From: Alphaproteobacteria bacterium
Lineage (GTDB): Bacteria; Pseudomonadota; Alphaproteobacteria; UBA828
Reading direction: 5' to 3'
Assembly: GCA_965237415.1 (NCBI GenBank)
Contig: CBDEFM010000002.1
Coordinates: forward strand, 2,944,001-3,008,000
DNA length: 64,000 nucleotides
Shown here: one piece after another, positions 9,356 to 22,130 of the stretch
Position numbering within the stretch: the first letter of the stretch is position 1
Layout: every line of letters begins with the position of its first letter
Notes under the pieces: model-generated
Seen by the model: the letters and a program-made list of their open reading frames with translations, nothing else
Databases searched by the model: none
What the model was told of the DNA's origin: nothing
Made by a program: the position numbers and the translations under genes

Positions 9356-11008
9356 ATGACCGGCGCCGATCTTCTGGTGAAAATTCTCAAGGCGGAAGGT
9401 ATCCGCCAGTGTCTCTGCTTCCCCATGACCCCGATCATCGAGGCGGTGGCGCGGGCCGGGATGCGCGTCATCACCACGCGGCAGGAACGCGTCGCCGGCA
9501 ACATGGCGGACGGCGTCTCGCGCTCCACCAACGGCCGCGAGATCGGCGTCTTCACGGTGCAGGCACTGGCGGGGTCGGAGAACGCCTTTGCCGGCGTCGC
9601 CCAGGCGCACACGGATTCGACGCCGCTGCTCTTCCTCCCCGGCCATCCCGGCACGTCCTATGTCGACCAGCCGCCCACCTTCGACAGCACCGCCAACTAC
9701 GCCGCGACCACGAAGATGGCGCAGAAGGTGCTGGCCGCCGATCTCATGCCGATCAAGCTGCGCCAGGCCTTCACGGCGCTCCGCTCAGGCCGGCCGCAGC
9801 CGGTGATGCTGGAGCTGCCGGGCGACGTGTGCGCGGCCGAGGTGAACGGCGCTCCCCCCTACACGCCGGTCCGGCGCATGCGCTCTGCGGCCGACGAGGG
9901 GGCGGTGCGGGAGGCTGCCGAGCGCCTGCTCGCGGCCGAGACGCCCATGATCTGGGCCGGCCAGGGCGTGCTCTATGCGGAGGCGAGCGACGAGCTCGCC
10001 GAGGTCGCCGAGCTGCTCGGTGCGCCGGTGATGACGACGCTGCAGGGCAAGAGCGCGATCCCCGAGACGCATCCACTGGCGGCGGGAGTCGGCGCGCTTT
10101 CGACTACCGCCATGGCCGCCCATTATCTGCAGGCGAGCGATGCCGTGCTCGCGGTGGGCTCCAGCCTGACTCGCGCGCCGTTTACGCCAGTGATTCCGGA
10201 CGGAAAGACCATCGTCCACGCAACCGTGGATCCCATCGACATCAACAAGGAATATGCCGCGGCGGTCGGCATCGTGGCCGACGCCAAGCTCTTCCTCGCG
10301 CAGCTCGCCGCCGAGCTCAGGCGCCAGGTGGGGGAGGGCCGCGCCGAGCGCCGCGCCGAGACGGCGGAGACCATCGCCCGCATCGAGCGCGAGTGGTGGG
10401 CCGAGTACGAGCCGCTCTTCGCCGACGATTCGGCCCCGATCAACGGCTACCGCATGATGCGCGAGCTCTGGGCGCTGCTCGACCCGGAGACCACCATGCT
10501 CACCCACGAATCCGGCGCCTCGCGGGATATCCAGAGCGTCTTCTATGAATCCGGCCCGCCGCGCAGCTATCTCGGCTGGGGTCAATCCTCGCAGCTCGGC
10601 TTCTCGCTCGGGCTTGCCATGGGGGCGAAGCTCGCCAACCCGGAGAAGCTGGTCGTGAACGTCATGGGCGACGCCTCGGTCGGTATGACGGGCATGGACT
10701 GGGAGACCGCGTCCCGCAACGAAATCCCCATCCTCACCGTGGTCAAGCACGATTCGATCTTCTCCGGCTACGACCGCAACATCCCTGAGGCCTCGGCGCG
10801 CTACCGGGCGAACAGGCAGCAGGGGGACTACGCGACCATTGCGAGGAGCCTCGGCTGCCACGCCGAGCAAGTGACCGAGCCTGCGGCGCTCAGGCCCGCG
10901 CTGGAGCGCGCGATCCGCGCCACCGGCGAAGGCCAGCCGGCGGTGGTCGACGTCATTACCGCCGAGACCCGCAAGCTCTCCCGCCTCGCGCCCACCTCGG
11001 TCGGTTAA
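9356..11008 (+). CDS. Thiamine-diphosphate-dependent enzyme (acetolactate synthase-like superfamily)
   Basis: RQERVAGNMADG, LGFSLGLAMGAKLA and VMGDAS motifs. Confidence 0.85.
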   Translation: MTGADLLVKILKAEGIRQCLCFPMTPIIEAVARAGMRVITTRQERVAGNMADGVSRSTNGREIGVFTVQALAGSENAFAGVAQAHTDSTPLLFLPGHPGTSYVDQPPTFDSTANYAATTKMAQKVLAADLMPIKLRQAFTALRSGRPQPVMLELPGDVCAAEVNGAPPYTPVRRMRSAADEGAVREAAERLLAAETPMIWAGQGVLYAEASDELAEVAELLGAPVMTTLQGKSAIPETHPLAAGVGALSTTAMAAHYLQASDAVLAVGSSLTRAPFTPVIPDGKTIVHATVDPIDINKEYAAAVGIVADAKLFLAQLAAELRRQVGEGRAERRAETAETIARIEREWWAEYEPLFADDSAPINGYRMMRELWALLDPETTMLTHESGASRDIQSVFYESGPPRSYLGWGQSSQLGFSLGLAMGAKLANPEKLVVNVMGDASVGMTGMDWETASRNEIPILTVVKHDSIFSGYDRNIPEASARYRANRQQGDYATIARSLGCHAEQVTEPAALRPALERAIRATGEGQPAVVDVITAETRKLSRLAPTSVG

Positions 11009-12213
11009 CGCGCCTCCGGCGGGGGCCAGGAGGCGGGGCGGCCATCGGCCGTCCAGACCCCCTTCACCTCAGGCCGGCCCTGGCTGACACCGGCGATCGG
11101 CACGATGACGGCGCGGGTGAAGAAAGCCTGCGCGCGGAAGCCGAAGATCACCGTATCGCCGACAGCGACACGCTGGCGGGGCTCGGGGAGGAGCTGGCCG
11201 TAGTAGTCGATCATCGCCGGGTCCGGAGTGGCGGCGCCGACCTCCTGCGCGAGCGCGGCCCCGGGGTCGGGGCCGGCCAGCGCCTTGAGCGGGTAGGGGG
11301 CGAACACCGGGTCGATGTAGAGGCCGCCGCCGAAGCAGTAGGCGCGGCCCTGATGGAAGTGGGAGACCTCGGTCAGGTAGAGCATGGCCGGGCGCTCCGG
11401 CAGCTCGGTGCGGGCGTGAAGCGGCGTCGTGCCGGTGAGCCCGTGGCCCGGCTCCACCTGGGTCGCGCCGCCCTCTGCGAGCGCCGCCATCACATGCGCG
11501 GACGTGGTGCCCGGCGCGTTGATGACGATGTCCTGCCGGCCCTGCCTCGCAAGCCGCGACGCTGCCGCGTGCAGGGTGGTGAGATTGGGCGTCGGGCGGG
11601 CTTCGCCCGAGCCCTCGTCGAAGAGCAGGGCGGGGAAGGTGGTGAGCCCCGCGAAGCGCCCGCCCGGCGTACGGTCCAGCACGTCTGCCACAGCCTCGAC
11701 GGCATCGGCGTCGAAGCCTCCTTCGTGGCCGGAATAGAAGGTATCGCCGGGCGCCTGGATGCGGGCGATCAGGGCCTGCTCGTGACCGTGCGCCTCCGCC
11801 GCCTGCGCGGCCTCGGCGGCTTTCTCTTCGTTGAAGACGGTCCAGTAGTCCGGGCGCATGGCCGCGGCCTCCGCCGCCTCGTGACGCGGGATCTGACAGA
11901 GATGGCCGAGATGGGCCAGGCGGTGACCGTGGGCGCAGATCGGCCGCGCGCAGGCCATGTCGACGGCGACGAAGCGGTCGATCCCGCCTGCCTTCAGCGC
12001 ATCGAGCGCCGGCGGGTTGCGGCCGATCTGCTTGGTCATCGCCAGTACGTCGAGCCCGAGCCGGCCGGCCTCGGCGCTCATCAGTTGCGCATTCCCGGTC
12101 ATCGTATCGAGGTCGAGCAGGTAGGCGCCGGCGGGCACGCGGCCGGCCTGGTGAAGCGCCACCGCGGCTTCGAGGAACGCCCGATTCCGGGTGCGCAGCG
12201 CTTTCAGAAACAT
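11005..12213 (-). CDS. YhfX-family PLP-dependent (alanine-racemase-fold) enzyme
   Basis: MTKQIGRNP (PLP Lys), GHLCQIP, YSGHEGGF, EPGHGLTGTTPLHA, YLTEVSH and CFGGGLY. Confidence 0.8.
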   Translation of the reverse strand: MFLKALRTRNRAFLEAAVALHQAGRVPAGAYLLDLDTMTGNAQLMSAEAGRLGLDVLAMTKQIGRNPPALDALKAGGIDRFVAVDMACARPICAHGHRLAHLGHLCQIPRHEAAEAAAMRPDYWTVFNEEKAAEAAQAAEAHGHEQALIARIQAPGDTFYSGHEGGFDADAVEAVADVLDRTPGGRFAGLTTFPALLFDEGSGEARPTPNLTTLHAAASRLARQGRQDIVINAPGTTSAHVMAALAEGGATQVEPGHGLTGTTPLHARTELPERPAMLYLTEVSHFHQGRAYCFGGGLYIDPVFAPYPLKALAGPDPGAALAQEVGAATPDPAMIDYYGQLLPEPRQRVAVGDTVIFGFRAQAFFTRAVIVPIAGVSQGRPEVKGVWTADGRPASWPPPEAR

Positions 12214-12334
12214 CGGCCGTCGCCTCCCCCATGACCGCCGCTCAAGGCCCGATGTCTCGCCCGGGTGTCGGGCGCGTGCTAGCGTGCGCCGCGAACGCCA
12301 CCCGGCGCCTGGGCGGCCGCAGCGCGGAAGATAC

Positions 12335-13557
12335 ATGAGCGAGACCGACCACACGATGCCGGGCGCTGCGCCCTCCCTCTACCCGGTGGTTCGCCTGACC
12401 GCGTCGCTGATGCTGGTCACCGTCGGCGGCGCCGCCATGTACGCGGTGATCGTGGCGCTCAAGCCGGCCTCCTTAGAGTTCGACGTGAGCCGGGGCCTGG
12501 CCTCAGTCCCCTACATGATGTTCATGCTCACCGGCGGAATCGGCGGTGTGTTCATGGGGCGGCTCGCCGATCGCTTCGGCGTACTGCTGCCGGTCCTGAT
12601 CGGGTGTGTGGGGCTCCCGGCGGGCATGGCCGGCGCCGCCTACGCGGAGGAGTTCTGGCAGTTCTGCGCGGCACTCGGGGTGCTGTCGGGCCTGCTCGGC
12701 ACCTCTGCCCTCTTCGCCCCTGTGGCCGCCGACGTCTCGCACTGGTTCACGCGGCGCCGCGGGCTCGCCGTCGCGGTCGTGATCACCGGAACCTATTTCG
12801 CAGGCGCGCTGTGGCCGCCGATTATCCAGGCCTCGCTCGATGCGCGGGGCTGGCGCGAGACCTTCCTCATCATCGCCATCGTCATGGCGTGCGTGATGCT
12901 GCCGCTTACCGCGGCGCTCTATCGCAAGCCGGCCGTGCTGTCTGCGGCGCAGGCGGCGCGCACGGCGACCGGTGCGGGCAGACCGCTCGGCATCGCCCCC
13001 GGCACGCTTCAAAGCCTGATTTGTGTGGCCGGGCTCGGCTGCTGCGTGGCGATGGCGATGCCCCAAGTGCACATCGTCGCCCACATCTCGGATCTCGGCT
13101 ACGCCGCCCAACGCGGCGCCGAGATGCTGTCGTTGATGCTCGGCACCGGCATCGTGAGCCGCATCGGCTCCGGCTTCATCTCGGATCGGATCGGCGGTCT
13201 GCGCACGCTGCTGCTTGGCTCTGTCTTGCAGGCGCTGGCGCTCGTCGCCTTTCTCGGCGCCGACACGCTCACCCTGCTCTACGTGGTCTCGGCGGTCTTC
13301 GGCCTCTCCCAGGGCGGGATCGTGCCGTCCTACACGATCATCGTCAGGACGTTCTTTCCCGCGCACGAAGCAGGCCGGCGGGTGGGCTGGGCGATGCTCT
13401 TCACCTTCGCAGGCATGGCGCTGGGCGGCTGGATGGCGGGCGCGCTCTACGACCTGACGGGCTCCTACACCGCGTCCTTCATCAACGCGATCGCCTTCAA
13501 CGTGCTGAACGCAGCAATCGTGCTCTACCTCACCCGGCGCCGGCAGGCGCTCGCCGC

Positions 13558-13561
<4 letters not shown>
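12335..13561 (+). CDS. MFS transporter
   Basis: About 12 TM segments, with GRLADRFG and GFISDRIGG motif-A repeats. Confidence 0.9.
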
Positions 13562-16806
<3,245 letters not shown>

Positions 16807-16933
16807 CGGCGGCCTGACAGCCGCTCACGCAGCGTTGAGTTGCCGTGAGCGGCCGCCGGTGTCATCTGTCTTTGCAAGAGCCCAGCGCACGGGCGCCGGG
16901 CAGGACGCAGCTGGCATTTGCGGAGGGCCTTCG

Positions 16934-17923
16934 ATGCTGATCAAGATTCCACGCGGCTGGGAGCTACCGGACTCCGCCGCAACTCCCGAATCGGTGTTCA
17001 TGAACCGGCGCACGCTTCTCAAGGGGCTTGCCTCGGGTCCCCTGCTCGCGGCAGGCGCGGCGGTGCCCTTCGTGGGCGCGGGGCGTTTGGCGCTGGCCGA
17101 AGAGCAGGAAGACCCCTCGGCGCATCTCTATCCGGTCGAGCAGAACCCCGCCTACACGCTTGACCGGCCGCTCACGCCCGAGGACTTCGCCACCACCTAC
17201 AACAACTATTACGAGTTCGGCTCGTACAAGGAGATCTGGCAGAACGCGCAGGAGCTCCCGATTCGGCCCTGGACGGTCGAATTCGACGGGATGGTCGAGG
17301 AGCCGATGACGGTCGGCATCGACGATCTGCTGGCGAAGATGCCGCTGGAGGAACGTCTCTACCGCCATCGCTGCGTCGAGGCGTGGTCGATCGCCGTTCC
17401 CTACAGCGGCTTCCCGCTGAAGGCGCTGATCGATTTCGCGCGACCCCTGGGCGATGCCAAGTATCTGCTGATGCAGACCTTCGAGGATGACGACGTGGCC
17501 GAGGGCCAGAAGCAGTTCTGGTATCCCTGGCCCTATATCGAAGGCCTCACCATGGCCGAGGCCACCAACGAGCTCGCCTTCATCGCCACCGGCTATTACG
17601 GGAAGCCGATTCCGAAGCAGAACGGCGCGCCGCTCCGCCTCGCCGTGCCGTGGAAGTACGGCTTCAAGCACATCAAGGGCATCGTCCGCTTCAGCTTCGT
17701 CGACGAGCGGCCGGTCTCGTTCTGGGAGGAACTCGCGGGCAACGAATACGGCTTCTGGGCCAACGTCAATCCCGAGGTGTCGCACCCGCGCTGGAGCCAG
17801 GCGAACGAGCGCTTCTACGGGCCGGACGGGGAGGAGCGCCTCCCGACCCAGCTTTACAACGGCTATGCCGAACAGGTGGCCTCGCTCTACGACGGCATGG
17901 AGAACGAGCCGCTCTACATGTAG
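16934..17923 (+). CDS. msrP: Protein-methionine-sulfoxide reductase catalytic subunit
   Basis: Tat signal NRRTLLK. Motifs YNNYYEFG, RHRCVEAWS, QNGAPLRLAVPWKYGFK and HPRWSQA. Confidence 0.93.
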   Translation: MLIKIPRGWELPDSAATPESVFMNRRTLLKGLASGPLLAAGAAVPFVGAGRLALAEEQEDPSAHLYPVEQNPAYTLDRPLTPEDFATTYNNYYEFGSYKEIWQNAQELPIRPWTVEFDGMVEEPMTVGIDDLLAKMPLEERLYRHRCVEAWSIAVPYSGFPLKALIDFARPLGDAKYLLMQTFEDDDVAEGQKQFWYPWPYIEGLTMAEATNELAFIATGYYGKPIPKQNGAPLRLAVPWKYGFKHIKGIVRFSFVDERPVSFWEELAGNEYGFWANVNPEVSHPRWSQANERFYGPDGEERLPTQLYNGYAEQVASLYDGMENEPLYM

Positions 17924-18196
17924 CGCTTGCACGGCCAAGCGTCGCGAGGAGGGCCGCCCTGTCCGTCATTGGTCGGGGCGGCCTTTGAGACCCGGCCCTG
18001 TCCAGGACCGCCTAGCTGCCGATGAGTCGGGTTGCGGCGATGACTGGGTTGCGATTAATGTGGCGTGATCGGCGGATCGCCTTAGGCGACCGCTACCGCC
18101 CGCAGGACGTGCTGTCTCACATTGCTTGGCGGCACCGTCGGACAGCACGTCGGCAAGTAGCCGTCTGGAGGCCACTCTAGACGAAGGCGGTGAATC

Positions 18197-18802
18197 ATGT
18201 CCAGCATCACTTCAGCCAATCAGCGTCCCTACGACCCCAGGAGCATTGCAAATCTTCTGCTGGATGAAGCCGACCGGCTTGCCATCAACATCACCAATCT
18301 TTCGCTGCAGAAGCTCCTGTACTTTGCCCATGGGCTGTCCCTGATCGAAGACGGAAAGCCTTTGGTGAGCGGTTACTTCGAGGCATGGCAGCATGGCCCC
18401 GTTCATCCCTTGGTGTATCGCACCTTCAAGGATGCTGGCAGGGCACCTATCTCTTTTCGAGCCAAGGGCGTCGACATCTTGACCGGCCAAAGCAGGTCGC
18501 TGCCTGTGATCGACGATCCTCAAGCCCTTCGATTCGTCCTGAAGGTCTTGATCGCCTACGGCAGATTGTCGCCTGGCTCATTGATTGACGTGACGCACGC
18601 GAAGGGTGGGCCATGGGATTTCATCGTGAAGAAGGCAGAGCATTCCGTAGTGCTTGGCATGCGCATCCCTGACGATGTAATATCGGAACGTTTCAAGAAC
18701 CATGTGAGGTCGCTCAACGCGACGACACCGAGGGATGGGCCACATGAAATTCGACCGTTTGGGGGAAACCGAGTTGGCGCGAAACGTGCCATTGGATCCT
18801 GA
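18197..18802 (+). CDS. socA: SocA/Panacea (DUF4065) domain antitoxin
   Basis: IANLLL...ITNLSLQKLLYFAHG...FEAWQHGPV...THAKGGPW. Confidence 0.85.
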   Translation: MSSITSANQRPYDPRSIANLLLDEADRLAINITNLSLQKLLYFAHGLSLIEDGKPLVSGYFEAWQHGPVHPLVYRTFKDAGRAPISFRAKGVDILTGQSRSLPVIDDPQALRFVLKVLIAYGRLSPGSLIDVTHAKGGPWDFIVKKAEHSVVLGMRIPDDVISERFKNHVRSLNATTPRDGPHEIRPFGGNRVGAKRAIGS

Positions 18803-19448
18803 ACTGCAGTGCAAGAACCTCCTGAAGACCCTCGGTGGCGATGCGCGGGTATGGTACGCGCCGGTGCGGAAGATGTACGGGGACATCTTCAACGTCGGCT
18901 CTGTTCTATTCGGTCCCGGTGTTCCTGCAACGCTGAGCGCGATTGAGCAGATCCTGCTCAAGAAGTGCGGGTCCGACTCTATGAGGAAGCACAACTTGGC
19001 CGTTGCCAGAAGCCTGTACGGCTATTGCATCCACGAGAACATCCACGGGATTGCACACAACTTCGGCTACATGTACATGGGCCGAGCAGCGGGTGACGTT
19101 TGCTATTGGCTTCCGATGATACTCACCATCAGAGGGCGGGCCACGGTTGTGTTCATCGATCCGCGCCGTCCGGAGTCGCGGCTAGCTTTGGATAGCCGGC
19201 GCTTCGTACTGTCGATGATGCACGAGCACATCCGGAATCCCAACCCCGACTTCGCTAACGTTCAGCTTGCCGTTATCCAGTTTGGCGATGGTAGCGGTGT
19301 CGCCGGCGCGCCCATTCTACATACCGACAAGGGTGTTACGCTCTATTCGTATAACGAACTGCAGGACATGGTCGACGTAACCTACAAATTGTGGGACCAG
19401 CTTCACGCAGAGCGTCGCACGGCGGGTCTACAGGCCGCCAATCCATAG
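18744..19448 (+). CDS. socB: SocB-like type VI TA toxin (replication inhibitor family)
   Basis: Overlaps the socA-like gene. Recognised motifs ELARNVPL, YAPVR...DIFNV, NLAVA, YW...FIDPRR and RRFVLSMMHEHIR..PDFANVQLAVIQF. Confidence 0.7.
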   Translation: MKFDRLGETELARNVPLDPELQCKNLLKTLGGDARVWYAPVRKMYGDIFNVGSVLFGPGVPATLSAIEQILLKKCGSDSMRKHNLAVARSLYGYCIHENIHGIAHNFGYMYMGRAAGDVCYWLPMILTIRGRATVVFIDPRRPESRLALDSRRFVLSMMHEHIRNPNPDFANVQLAVIQFGDGSGVAGAPILHTDKGVTLYSYNELQDMVDVTYKLWDQLHAERRTAGLQAANP

Positions 19449-19456
19449 ACCACTCT

Positions 19457-19615
19457 ATGACCAAACCCGGACTTAGATCACGCGGTCGCTCTGTGACCCG
19501 TGAGATCAAGTTGCAGGCGGCACCGGAACAAGCCGCTCGGGCCGTCTTCTCTACCGTGACGCCGCCGAACCTGAAACTGCGCACCACCAAGGCGACCTCT
19601 CTTGCGAAGAAGTGA
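19457..19615 (+). CDS. Small basic hypothetical protein (52 aa)
   Basis: ATG 8 nt after the socB-like stop. Sequence MTKPGLRSRGRSVTREIKLQAAPEQAARAVFS. Confidence 0.35.
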   Translation: MTKPGLRSRGRSVTREIKLQAAPEQAARAVFSTVTPPNLKLRTTKATSLAKK

Positions 19616-19645
19616 ACGCGGAGGAAAGAGCGTCTACTAGACAAC

Positions 19646-19843
19646 GTGGGCGTCTGGTGGGACGAGGATCAAGGCCACATTCACATCACGGTTCGTGGTG
19701 CTGCCGGATTCCACTCAACGGTCAACGCCAATCCGCAGAGCAAGCGCGGGAGTCCCAACCTGTTCTATAAGTTGGCAAAATGTCTGCGGGCAGTCGGTGC
19801 GCCGCATCCGCCGATTCTGGATGACCGCCAATTGGGCGAATAA
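19646..19843 (+). CDS. Small hypothetical protein, possibly a 5'-truncated remnant
   Basis: Protein-like sequence VGVWWDEDQGHIHITVRG...NLFYKLAKCLRAVGAPHP with a poor start context. Confidence 0.35.
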   Translation: MGVWWDEDQGHIHITVRGAAGFHSTVNANPQSKRGSPNLFYKLAKCLRAVGAPHPPILDDRQLGE

Positions 19844-19848
19844 TTCCC

Positions 19849-19935
19849 AAAAGAAGGGCCGGGTCCGAAGACCCGGCCAGTCTAACAGGGAGGCTTCACG
19901 TCTAGGAGACGTGGGATCCGAGGATCCCCTCCAGG
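19849..19935 (-). ncRNA. Putative anti-SD small RNA (SuhB/MmgR- or AbcR-like) with intrinsic terminator
   Basis: On the minus strand: two hairpins, a single-stranded GCCTCCCTGTTAGACT, then GGCCGGGTC-TTCG-GACCCGGCC-CTTCTTTT. Located downstream of trxB-lysR. Confidence 0.6.
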
Positions 19936-20096
19936 CATTGCACCTGAAGACGGTAAGCCGAGGTGGGCACCCCGGCCAATCCTCGTAGCACGACGCAAGC
20001 GCCATGCTGCAGCGCAATATGTATGTTCTGTGACGCGGTTGCGCTAGTGGGTGAGAAGCAAATCAGCCATGCGTCTGACGCATGTCTGGGCGGGCG

Positions 20097-20987
20097 CTAG
20101 GAACGCCATTGGGCCACTTCGTCGAGCAGGAAATCGCGGAAGACCGCGATACGCTTGGAATATCGCAGCTCCTCGGCGTAGGTGAAGAAGGCGTCGAAGG
20201 GGGGGCCCTGATACTCCGGCAGCACGCGCTGGAGCCGCTGGCTGCCCCACGCCACATAGTCGGGCAGCGCCGCGATTCCGAGGCCGCTCTCCACCGCTTC
20301 GCGCATGCAATATATGTTGTTCGCCTCCAGCACGATGCGGCCGTCGGCGTGCGGGTCGCCCGAAATCGCGATCAGCCAGTCGGGGTTGGCGATGGCGGTG
20401 AGCGGCCCCTGGCCATAGATGATCAGGCGCTGGCGGGCGAGGTCGTCCGCCGTCTCGATCGGCCCGAACCGGGCCAGATAGTCCGGCGCGGCGTAGATGT
20501 GCGAATGGACCGTCATCAGGTGCCGTCGGACGAGATCGGGCTCGGTCGGCTCGATCATGCGAATTGCCACGTCCGCCTCGCGCATGGAGAGGTCGAGCAG
20601 GTTGTCCGATGTCAGCAGAATGAGCTTGATCTCCGGATAGAGGTTGCTGAAGGTGCGGATCCTGGGCGTGAGCCACACCGAGGCGAAGGCGACGGTCGTC
20701 GTGATCTTCAGCGGGCCGCTGGGCCGGTCCCGCGAATCCGCGATCTGCGCCTCGGTCATCGCGAGCTTCGCAGAGACCTCGCGGGCCGTGCGGTAAAGCG
20801 CCTCGCCCTGTTCCGTCAGCAGCAGTCCGCGCGAATGACGGTGGAACAGGACCGCGCCGAGGCTCTTTTCCAGCGCCGCGATCTGCCGGCTTACCGCCGA
20901 CTGGCTGAGCTCCAGAATGTCGCCGGCGCGGGTGAAGCTGCCGTGTTCCGCGACCGTATGGAAGATGCGTAGCCGGTTCCAGTCCAT
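20097..20987 (-). CDS. LysR-family regulator (LsrB/VtlR-like)
   Basis: MDWNRLRIFHTVAEHGSFTRAG...LSQSAVSRQI, LDLSMREADVAIR and YAEELR. Lies downstream of trxB. Confidence 0.9.
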   Translation of the reverse strand: MDWNRLRIFHTVAEHGSFTRAGDILELSQSAVSRQIAALEKSLGAVLFHRHSRGLLLTEQGEALYRTAREVSAKLAMTEAQIADSRDRPSGPLKITTTVAFASVWLTPRIRTFSNLYPEIKLILLTSDNLLDLSMREADVAIRMIEPTEPDLVRRHLMTVHSHIYAAPDYLARFGPIETADDLARQRLIIYGQGPLTAIANPDWLIAISGDPHADGRIVLEANNIYCMREAVESGLGIAALPDYVAWGSQRLQRVLPEYQGPPFDAFFTYAEELRYSKRIAVFRDFLLDEVAQWRS

Positions 20988-21013
20988 CGCCTCGCCCGGT
21001 GCCGTGCCGGCGC

Positions 21014-21982
21014 TCACTCCGCCGCGGCGGCTCTGGGCGTTTCGGCCACGGCGAGAAATTTCTCGGCTTCCAGCGCACCCATGCAGCCGGTGCCGGCTGC
21101 GGTCACGGCCTGCCGGAACACCTTGTCCTGCACGTCGCCGGCGGCGAATACGCCCGGCACGTTTGTCGTCGTGCTGTCTGCCATCGTCTGGATGTAGCCC
21201 TCGGCGTCCATCGTGAGCTGGCCCGCGAAGAGTTCGGTGTTGGGGCGGTGCCCGATGGCGATGAACACGCCCGATAGCGGGATCCGCTGCAGCGCATCGG
21301 TCTTGACGTGGCGCACGGCGATCCCCGTCACCGTCGGCGGATCGCTCTCGCCTTCGATCTCGGCCAGGACATGGTCCCACAGGACCTCGATCTTGTCGTT
21401 GCGGAACAGGCGGTCCTGCAGAATCTTCTCGGCGCGGAGCGCGTCGCGGCGGTGGACGAGGGTGACCCTGCTGGCGTGGTTGGTGAGGTAGAGCGCCTCC
21501 TCCACGGCGGTGTTGCCGCCGCCGATCACCGCGACCTCCTTGCCGCGGAAGAAGAAGCCGTCGCAGGTGGCACAGGCCGAAACGCCGAAGCCCATGAAGC
21601 GCTGCTCGCTTCCAAGGCCCAGCCACTTCGCCTGCGCGCCGGTGCAGACGATGACGGTGTCGCCGATATAGATGTCGCCGGAATCGCCGGTGCAGACGAA
21701 GGGGCGTTTGCTCAAGTCCGCGGCGACCACCATGTCGTGGATCAGCCGCGTGCCCACAGCTTGCGCCTGGCCCGCCATCTGCTCCATCAGCCACGGCCCC
21801 TGGACGATGTCGGCGAAGCCCGGGTAGTTCTCGACGTCGGTGGTGATGGTGAGCTGGCCGCCGGGCTCCAGGCCCTGCACCATGATCGGCTCCAAATTGG
21901 CGCGCGCGGCGTAGATCGCGGCAGAGTAGCCGGCGGGGCCGGAGCCGATGATCAGGACCTTGCTGCGGTGCGTCTTCGCCAT
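21014..21982 (-). CDS. trxB: Thioredoxin-disulfide reductase
   Basis: IIGSGPAG, GVSACATCDG, GGGNTAVEEA and FAAGDV. Confidence 0.97.
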   Translation of the reverse strand: MAKTHRSKVLIIGSGPAGYSAAIYAARANLEPIMVQGLEPGGQLTITTDVENYPGFADIVQGPWLMEQMAGQAQAVGTRLIHDMVVAADLSKRPFVCTGDSGDIYIGDTVIVCTGAQAKWLGLGSEQRFMGFGVSACATCDGFFFRGKEVAVIGGGNTAVEEALYLTNHASRVTLVHRRDALRAEKILQDRLFRNDKIEVLWDHVLAEIEGESDPPTVTGIAVRHVKTDALQRIPLSGVFIAIGHRPNTELFAGQLTMDAEGYIQTMADSTTTNVPGVFAAGDVQDKVFRQAVTAAGTGCMGALEAEKFLAVAETPRAAAAE

Positions 21983-22130
21983 GCGCGCCTCCCGAACAGG
22001 CCGGCGCGGTGCCGGCCGCAAGAGTCACAAACATAGGGGCGGCCACCGCGCCCGTTCAAGAGGCGGCCCTGGCGGCGGACCGCTTTTCGAACGTCTGACA
22101 CACGATGCCGGCCGCGCGCCAGCGCGCCCG

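Noticed and set aside
20097-22046. 649-aa apparent TrxB-LysR fusion ORF
   Set aside because: The extension is an alternate frame of trxB. LysR has its own ATG at 20987.
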